Shown piece by piece: positions 58,486 through 64,000 of a stretch of DNA of 64,000 bases. Under the pieces are notes generated by a model. That model saw only the letters and a program-made list of their open reading frames with translations, searched no databases and was not told where the DNA came from. Within the stretch, counting starts at the first letter, position 1. Every line of letters starts with the position of its first letter. Both the position numbers and the translations under genes were made by a program. This stretch comes from Patescibacteria group bacterium (GTDB taxonomy: Bacteria > Patescibacteriota > UBA1384 > XYA2-FULL-43-10 > 1-14-0-10-43-13), in the NCBI GenBank assembly GCA_041671645.1, contig JBAZBD010000001.1, forward strand, positions 543,234-607,233. The letters run 5' to 3'.

Positions 58486-58944
58486 ATGAATCGCCATCTT
58501 TCTAGAATGATTGCCATGCAGACTTTGTATGAACTGGATTTCCGTCCAGAATCAAACAAAGAAGAAGTGATGGATCGAAATGTCAGTGAATATGCTGATA
58601 AATGCGAATCTGATTTTGTCGATCTCTTGGTAGATGGTGTGTCGAAGTTGAAAGATGAGCTAGAAAGCATCGTTACCGAATCCGCTCCAGAATGGCCGAT
58701 GGACCAGATTTCTTTGATCGATAGAGAAATCCTTCGGATTGCGATATATGAGTTGCTTTATGTAAATGACATTCCGCCCAAAGTCTCTATCAACGAAGCA
58801 GTCGAGCTAGCCAAACAGTTTGGTGGGGAGAACTCATCTAAATTTGTGAATGGTGTATTGGGTACTGTTTACAAAAAGTACGAGAACAAGATTTCAAATA
58901 AATTACAATCAAACCAACAAGGAGAACATGACGACATTAGCTGA
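58486..58944 (+). CDS. nusB: Transcription antitermination factor NusB
   Basis: [35 protein letters not shown]. Confidence 0.96.
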   Translation: MNRHLSRMIAMQTLYELDFRPESNKEEVMDRNVSEYADKCESDFVDLLVDGVSKLKDELESIVTESAPEWPMDQISLIDREILRIAIYELLYVNDIPPKVSINEAVELAKQFGGENSSKFVNGVLGTVYKKYENKISNKLQSNQQGEHDDIS

Positions 58945-59629
58945 GTTCGAAGAATCAATTGGGGTACAATTCAGGGATAAATCGCTTCTAGAGCAGGTAT
59001 TTATTCATAGATCGTATCTCAACGAACACAAAACTCTGAATTTAGAGCACAACGAGCGGCTCGAATTTTTGGGTGATGCAGTTTTGGAACTTGCAGTGAC
59101 TAAATATCTTTATGCCAATTACGACAAGCCAGAGGGCGACCTGACTAACTGGAGAAGCGCTCTAGTAAAAGGTGAATCCCTCTCTGTCGAAGCCAAGCGA
59201 ATCGGTCTCGACCAGTTCCTCAAAACATCTCGTGGCGAAGCCAAGAATATGGGCAAAGCCAGAGACATTTTGCTTGCCAACGCCTTCGAAGCACTAATTG
59301 GCGCAATCTATTTGGACCAGGATTTCGACGAAGTCTACAATTTCGTATTGAAGAATATCATTTACAAGCTAGAAAATATTCTCGAAAACGGTCTACACTT
59401 CGATGCCAAAAGCCGCTTCCAGGAAATGTCCCAAGACAAATTTGGTATTACACCTTCATACGAAGTTGTAAGCGAAATTGGTCCAGATCACAACAAAATA
59501 TTTACGGTAGCTGCATATTTGAACGAGAAGAAAGTCGGCCAGGGCGAAGGCTCCTCAAAACAAAAAGCCCAGACTGACGCCGCTCAATCTGCACTTGATA
59601 AGTGGGAAGAGATAGTAAAAAGCTCATAA
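58928..59629 (+). CDS. rnc: Ribonuclease III
   Basis: [16 protein letters not shown]..dsRBD GPDH; ATG 58928 with AAGGAG RBS. Confidence 0.97.
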   Translation: MTTLAEFEESIGVQFRDKSLLEQVFIHRSYLNEHKTLNLEHNERLEFLGDAVLELAVTKYLYANYDKPEGDLTNWRSALVKGESLSVEAKRIGLDQFLKTSRGEAKNMGKARDILLANAFEALIGAIYLDQDFDEVYNFVLKNIIYKLENILENGLHFDAKSRFQEMSQDKFGITPSYEVVSEIGPDHNKIFTVAAYLNEKKVGQGEGSSKQKAQTDAAQSALDKWEEIVKSS

Positions 59630-59661
59630 AGTCCGTAAAGTCTATAAAGTCCCTAAAGTCC
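59626..59661 (+). repeat. Four tandem 9-mers (nTAAAGTCy), left flank of the four-helix-bundle gene
   Basis: ATAAAGTCC GTAAAGTCT ATAAAGTCC CTAAAGTCC. Confidence 0.9.
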
Positions 59662-59682
59662 ATTGATCCCGAAGTCATAGAA

Positions 59683-60033
59683 CTATGTATCTAAAGATTT
59701 AATCAAGCCTGATAATATTTTTGATATTTCTGTTGATTTATCTGCTATTAATTTGAACTGACCATTATCCAGATATTTAAACTCGTCGGCAAGATAGCTC
59801 ATTGATCTTACCTCGCCACAAGATCCCTTTGATATAAATAGAAAGTGCTTGAATTCCCTATCTCCTCTCCGCTCGAATCCTTCGGCAATATTGTTCATTA
59901 TAGAAACTGCGGCCCGCCTAAACTGATCACGGAAAGAGAAGTCTCTCCACTTTTCCGATAAGTCATAGCAGAAGATTACTAAGTCCTTAGCCTTTTGCCA
60001 TGCGATTATTTCCTCAAAGCGTTCAATTTTCAC
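59683..60033 (-). CDS. Four-helix-bundle protein (23S rRNA IVS protein / Avd-like family)
   Basis: FEEIIAWQKA..DQFRRAAVSIMNNIAEGFER..FLFISKGSCGE; GTG start with GAGGAGG RBS. Confidence 0.92.
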   Translation of the reverse strand: MKIERFEEIIAWQKAKDLVIFCYDLSEKWRDFSFRDQFRRAAVSIMNNIAEGFERRGDREFKHFLFISKGSCGEVRSMSYLADEFKYLDNGQFKLIADKSTEISKILSGLIKSLDT

Positions 60034-60051
60034 ATGCCCTCCTCGTCCCCT

Positions 60052-60086
60052 GACTTTATGGACCTTTGACTTTATAGACTTTCGAC
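60052..60086 (-). repeat. Inverted copy of the 9-mer array, right flank
   Basis: GACTTTATGGACCTTTGACTTTATAGACTTTCGAC; 15-bp perfect complement to 59637-59651. Confidence 0.88.
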
Positions 60087-61048
60087 TAGTTTGTCCCCCA
60101 ATCAACATTGGCCCAACCCCAGTCGAGAAGCTTTCTGGCCTCAGTTGCTGACGCTTCTGGTGTATCATAAGTGGTGTAGAGAATGATTGCATACAAAGTA
60201 TGATTATCTCTCTCCGCTGCCGCGACCAGTGAATGGCTTGCCTCTGGCATATAGCCAGTCTTAACGCCCAAGGCACCTGGATAATTCCAATCAGATACTA
60301 ATCGGTTGGAATTTTTTAGTTGATGAGTGATCTTGCCAGTCACGTCCGTGACTGAACTCTCGGCTGTTCCAACTATTTTGGCGAAAAGGGGCTTTTGCAT
60401 TGCATACTCAGTAATGATCGCTAGATCATGCGCAGTAGAGTATCCCGTTGTATCGAGCCCAGCCGCGTCGTGATAATCTGTGTCGTACATTCCCAAGGAC
60501 TTCGCCTTGTCGTTCATCATCCGCACAAACTTGTCCGTCCCAGTTTCACTGGGGGAATTTATATGTTCAGCTAGCGCATAGGCCGCTCTGTTTGATGAAA
60601 TAATTAGTAATACATCAAGAAGGTTTTCAACTGTAATTTTCTCTCCTGATTTTGTTGTTGGATCCATGCCCACCTGGATCGCTGCTTCGCGAGATATTGT
60701 GACGACCTCATCTAATTTGTAGTTCTCAAGCACGATAGTCGCGGTCATGATTTTCGTGGTAGAAGCGATAGCAGTCTGTGTATCAGCGTCGTTGGATACG
60801 AAGACCGTATCTGATGTCGGGTCCATGAGAAGGTAGTATTTGGCATAAATATTTGAGGGAAACTTTGCAAAATTACCGACCTTTGGCGGCTCTTTGAGCT
60901 CCGGAAGTATCAATTCTTGGATAGAAGCGTGGGCCGCAGAATCAGAGCCAGAACGATCTGAAATGATCGACCTATCAATATTATTTGCAATTCCGCCCAT
61001 ACCAAAGGAATTCAAAATAATTGAAAAGATTATTGCTAGCTTCATCAT
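60086..61048 (-). CDS. D-alanyl-D-alanine carboxypeptidase (S11)
   Basis: ASTTK (SxxK), SSN (SxN), KTG. Confidence 0.93.
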   Translation of the reverse strand: MMKLAIIFSIILNSFGMGGIANNIDRSIISDRSGSDSAAHASIQELILPELKEPPKVGNFAKFPSNIYAKYYLLMDPTSDTVFVSNDADTQTAIASTTKIMTATIVLENYKLDEVVTISREAAIQVGMDPTTKSGEKITVENLLDVLLIISSNRAAYALAEHINSPSETGTDKFVRMMNDKAKSLGMYDTDYHDAAGLDTTGYSTAHDLAIITEYAMQKPLFAKIVGTAESSVTDVTGKITHQLKNSNRLVSDWNYPGALGVKTGYMPEASHSLVAAAERDNHTLYAIILYTTYDTPEASATEARKLLDWGWANVDWGTN

Positions 61049-61773
61049 TATAAGATTGACTCGAGATTAATTTCTTTGCTTTCCCCAGGTTCGAGACCAA
61101 GAGACTCGAGAGATAGTTTAGCCACTCTAGTCCTCACTAATTTTACAACCTGTAAGCCAATTTTATCACACATCCGTCTGATCTGTCGATTGTATCCAGT
61201 GTGGAGAACCATGTTCAATGTGATCAATTTTGATTCAGGATTTTCATTGATTACGATCACCTTATCAGCGTACATTCGCTTCGTATCGATATATAATCCG
61301 TTTGTAAACATTTTGACGATTTGTATCGAGCCGACATGAGGATCTAGCTTACCCGTCCGAGCCTCTGCCACATATTCCTTCTCGTGTTTGAAACTTGGAT
61401 GAGTTAGCTTTTGGGTCAGATCACCATCGTTGGTCAGAATAACCAATCCCTCGGAATATTGATCAAGGCGACCGACTGGATAAATTCGCGGAGACGCGGG
61501 AAAGAAGTCTAGCACAGTTTTTCGACCCTGCTCATCATCTGAGGTTGTGACGACACCTTTGGGTTTGTAAAAAGCGAAGTAGACAAGGCTGTCTGATTTC
61601 TCAATCTTTTTGCCGTCAAATAATACTTCGTCTTTGTCTGAGTCAATTTTCACTCCGAGCTCCCGACTAACCTGACCGTTTATCGATATTTTGCCAGCCA
61701 AAATATGCTCGTCGGCCTGTCGCCTAGAGCATACTCCAGATTCTGATAGATATTTATTGATTCTTATTTGCAT
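61048..61773 (-). CDS. rRNA pseudouridine synthase (RsuA/RluB family)
   Basis: S4 domain RINKYLSESGVCSRR, PVGRLD, GYNRQIRRM. Confidence 0.93.
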   Translation of the reverse strand: MQIRINKYLSESGVCSRRQADEHILAGKISINGQVSRELGVKIDSDKDEVLFDGKKIEKSDSLVYFAFYKPKGVVTTSDDEQGRKTVLDFFPASPRIYPVGRLDQYSEGLVILTNDGDLTQKLTHPSFKHEKEYVAEARTGKLDPHVGSIQIVKMFTNGLYIDTKRMYADKVIVINENPESKLITLNMVLHTGYNRQIRRMCDKIGLQVVKLVRTRVAKLSLESLGLEPGESKEINLESIL

Positions 61774-61829
61774 TTCAATACTATAACAGAAATACGATGC
61801 TTTTCCTACTGTTGATCATATAATATTGA

Positions 61830-64000
61830 TTATTCTTTGCCAAGTTGAGTAATTTGGTCAGAAACTTTTGTTCTCGCTGCTTCCAATTCTGCCCTTGAGG
61901 TGATTTCTGGTGGTAATTTCGCGATAACAGCCTGGCTCTCCTCGAGTTTTTTGCTTAATTCATCAATCTCTGATTCAATTTTAGCGCGAATAATGTCGGG
62001 ATTGAGCTGTGCATTAAGTGCTAGATCCAAAGCCAACTTGGCTGCCACTGCTTCCTCGTTGTGTTTAGGATGCATTTTTTGTATGAAGTTTCTACGATTG
62101 ATATCAGCAACGTCAGCCGTAGTATTGATTACTTGGTTATTCAACCTTGTATCCAAATTGGTAAGGTCATCTTGTTTTTTTTCTATAGATTGATTCGATT
62201 TTTTAATATCTTCAAAAATATCGCCTTGTTTTAGAATAGAATCAAAAAGTTCCTGGGTTTGACGGAGTTCCGCCAAACGAGACTGCAGCTTCTTTTCAGC
62301 ACCAGACTCAACTTCACCCGCAGTCCGAGTTAGCGCTTCTCTATAGTCGGATTTTATCTGCTCAACTGTAGCTGCGGTAATATGTGGCGCAGGATATTCG
62401 CCGCTCGCCTTTGTTGGGATTATCGCTCCGCTATCATCAAGCTTGAAACCACCAATCTCCAACATTTTCTGAGATTTAGGGTCATTAAATGCATTCTTGA
62501 GCCCGCCATCGAAGAACCCATCACTCGACGTGACTAGATTCATCGTAGGTAAAAGCGATGAAAAAACTCTTTTTATAGTCCCGGTATTGTAAGACTGTTC
62601 TGACTGGGATAGCCTTGTGGAGTAAGTTCTAGTACCCCCCTCCATCGCACTGACCGCGTCGACAATTTCAGCTAACGGGCTATTGCGGGAATAATCAGGC
62701 GCAGCATTGCTGTCTCTAATAGTCATGGCGTCACGTAATGCAATCCCCATCACTAAGCCTGCTTTTTCCTTTCTGCTGTATGGGCTTTGGTCGCTAGTCG
62801 CTGTATTAATTGCATTATCAAAACTTGCGTTACTTGTTATGCCTTGTAGAATCTTACCGATTTCGTTGCGCTTATCGCCGATGTTTTCACCCCTTATCTT
62901 CATGGCCGCGAAGGTATTCGCAATATATTCTACAATGATGTCGTGAACTCGTTCTTTTGGATATATGGCGTCTTTGCCATTATTTGACTTCCAAGTATCT
63001 TCCAAATGTCTTGTTGTAGTACCTATCTGTTCAGAATACTGTTTTTCGATATTGGCTTTCAAACTACCGACATTCGACTCGTGCTCAGCGACGACAATCT
63101 CCTCGATTTTTTCTCGCTGCCGTATATATGCCTCTACCGACTTTGCTCGATCTTCTGGCATCTGACCCGGCATAGCAATTGGTTCGCCTTTAGTCACCTT
63201 GGATCCCTGAAAGTCCTCATATGGTCTATCGAGCCGTTTCGTCCCAAGCACTCCGCTTTCTCTAGCTGCTTTGACAAAATTAATAAATTCCATTTGAGAT
63301 TGGATGACCCCGGACGATGATTCTGTGAGAGCTGTTCGCTGGTTCACATTTAGACCTTGGTCGTGCGACATCTCGGGGTTATTATAATCTAGGGCAATCA
63401 CAAGATCTCTAAAGTCATTGGCGATTTCATTATGACCAGTCGTAAACATTTGCCTCAGGGCAGCACCTATTAGAACCCCTCTATTTTGCTCTGACTTTTT
63501 ATCGTCGACCACACCACGCTCTTTGTTCTTTGCGTTCAGCTCAGTACTAAAAGGTGTATAGTTTGGTTTGGCATCAATTTGGCTGGTGCGTCCGCTATTG
63601 GTGCTGTTCAAACCAAGCATAATCCCACTAATTGTCTGGCTATCAATTTGATCGACTTCGATACCAAGTCGCTGGGCCTCTCCCTTAATCATAAGGTATA
63701 GCGCCTCTCTCATCACACCAGGAGAGACCTCCTTGTCTAGACCATTATGACTTGTTTGGCTGATAAATGATTCAAGTTTCGACAACGCTCGCTTGCTAAA
63801 AATAGCATCAACCTTGTCCTGCTCTTTAGCACGTTCGGCATCTTCGGCATATAATTCTACTAAGCCTGGGTGCTCCAGCAGCTGGTCAATCTGTGTTTGT
63901 AGTGTCTCAATCTCCTCACGGTCTTGCATTGATAATTCGCTTAGTGTCTCAATATTACTGGAGACGTCGGCGCGCAGCACACTTAGCTTGCCGAGTGACT
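61830..64000 (-). CDS. Large orphan protein with coiled-coil regions; 5' end probably outside the window
   Basis: Frame has no stop between 61830 and the window edge; no recognisable motif. Confidence 0.75.
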   Translation of the reverse strand, partial: SLGKLSVLRADVSSNIETLSELSMQDREEIETLQTQIDQLLEHPGLVELYAEDAERAKEQDKVDAIFSKRALSKLESFISQTSHNGLDKEVSPGVMREALYLMIKGEAQRLGIEVDQIDSQTISGIMLGLNSTNSGRTSQIDAKPNYTPFSTELNAKNKERGVVDDKKSEQNRGVLIGAALRQMFTTGHNEIANDFRDLVIALDYNNPEMSHDQGLNVNQRTALTESSSGVIQSQMEFINFVKAARESGVLGTKRLDRPYEDFQGSKVTKGEPIAMPGQMPEDRAKSVEAYIRQREKIEEIVVAEHESNVGSLKANIEKQYSEQIGTTTRHLEDTWKSNNGKDAIYPKERVHDIIVEYIANTFAAMKIRGENIGDKRNEIGKILQGITSNASFDNAINTATSDQSPYSRKEKAGLVMGIALRDAMTIRDSNAAPDYSRNSPLAEIVDAVSAMEGGTRTYSTRLSQSEQSYNTGTIKRVFSSLLPTMNLVTSSDGFFDGGLKNAFNDPKSQKMLEIGGFKLDDSGAIIPTKASGEYPAPHITAATVEQIKSDYREALTRTAGEVESGAEKKLQSRLAELRQTQELFDSILKQGDIFEDIKKSNQSIEKKQDDLTNLDTRLNNQVINTTADVADINRRNFIQKMHPKHNEEAVAAKLALDLALNAQLNPDIIRAKIESEIDELSKKLEESQAVIAKLPPEITSRAELEAARTKVSDQITQLGKE

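Noticed and set aside
59683-60276. Diversity-generating retroelement, and the 197-aa version of this ORF
   Set aside because: No reverse transcriptase or TR/VR pair seen. The N-terminal extension overlaps the carboxypeptidase gene and the repeat array; GTG 60033 has a strong RBS.
88-63320. Many 60-200 aa antisense or out-of-frame ORFs in the six-frame track
   Set aside because: Shadows of well-supported genes with no motifs or translation signals.

Overview
Chromosomal segment of a small-genome bacterium. The gene set and protein style (short pyruvate kinase, archaeal-type PGI/PMI, Elp3, sortase, PEGA protein, standalone PaaX/Cas2-like gene, long orphan ORFs) suggest Patescibacteria/CPR; this is inference, not a database result. 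Most of the window is housekeeping: nrdR, ftsZ/ftsA, ybeY, rpsU, eno, trxB, lexA, hisS, rel, clpC, nusA, pyk, mreB, murA, leuS, rpmF-nusB-rnc, a glycolysis/2-oxoacid:ferredoxin oxidoreductase/ADP-forming acyl-CoA ligase operon, tRNA-Leu(CAA) and tRNA-Ala(GGC). Accessory parts are an AT-rich island with a C5 methyltransferase, HNH nuclease, RadC and a ClpP-class protease, and an orphan-gene cluster next to tRNA-Ala. The most unusual signals are non-coding. (1) A GIY-YIG gene uses a remodelled 5' half of tRNA-Ala as its leader. (2) A PaaX/Cas2-like gene is bracketed by 41-bp hairpin direct repeats and followed by a degenerate 17-bp tandem array. (3) A four-helix-bundle gene is enclosed by inverted 9-mer arrays next to rnc. 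(4) A promoter-driven small RNA ends in ACCA and its 3' end is duplicated around an orphan gene. (5) A 6S-like RNA is followed by a second, unassigned structured RNA. Also notable are a head-to-head Elp3/Trm9-like pair and a candidate LexA box shared by lexA and the methyltransferase. All calls were made by eye; no searches or folding programs were run.
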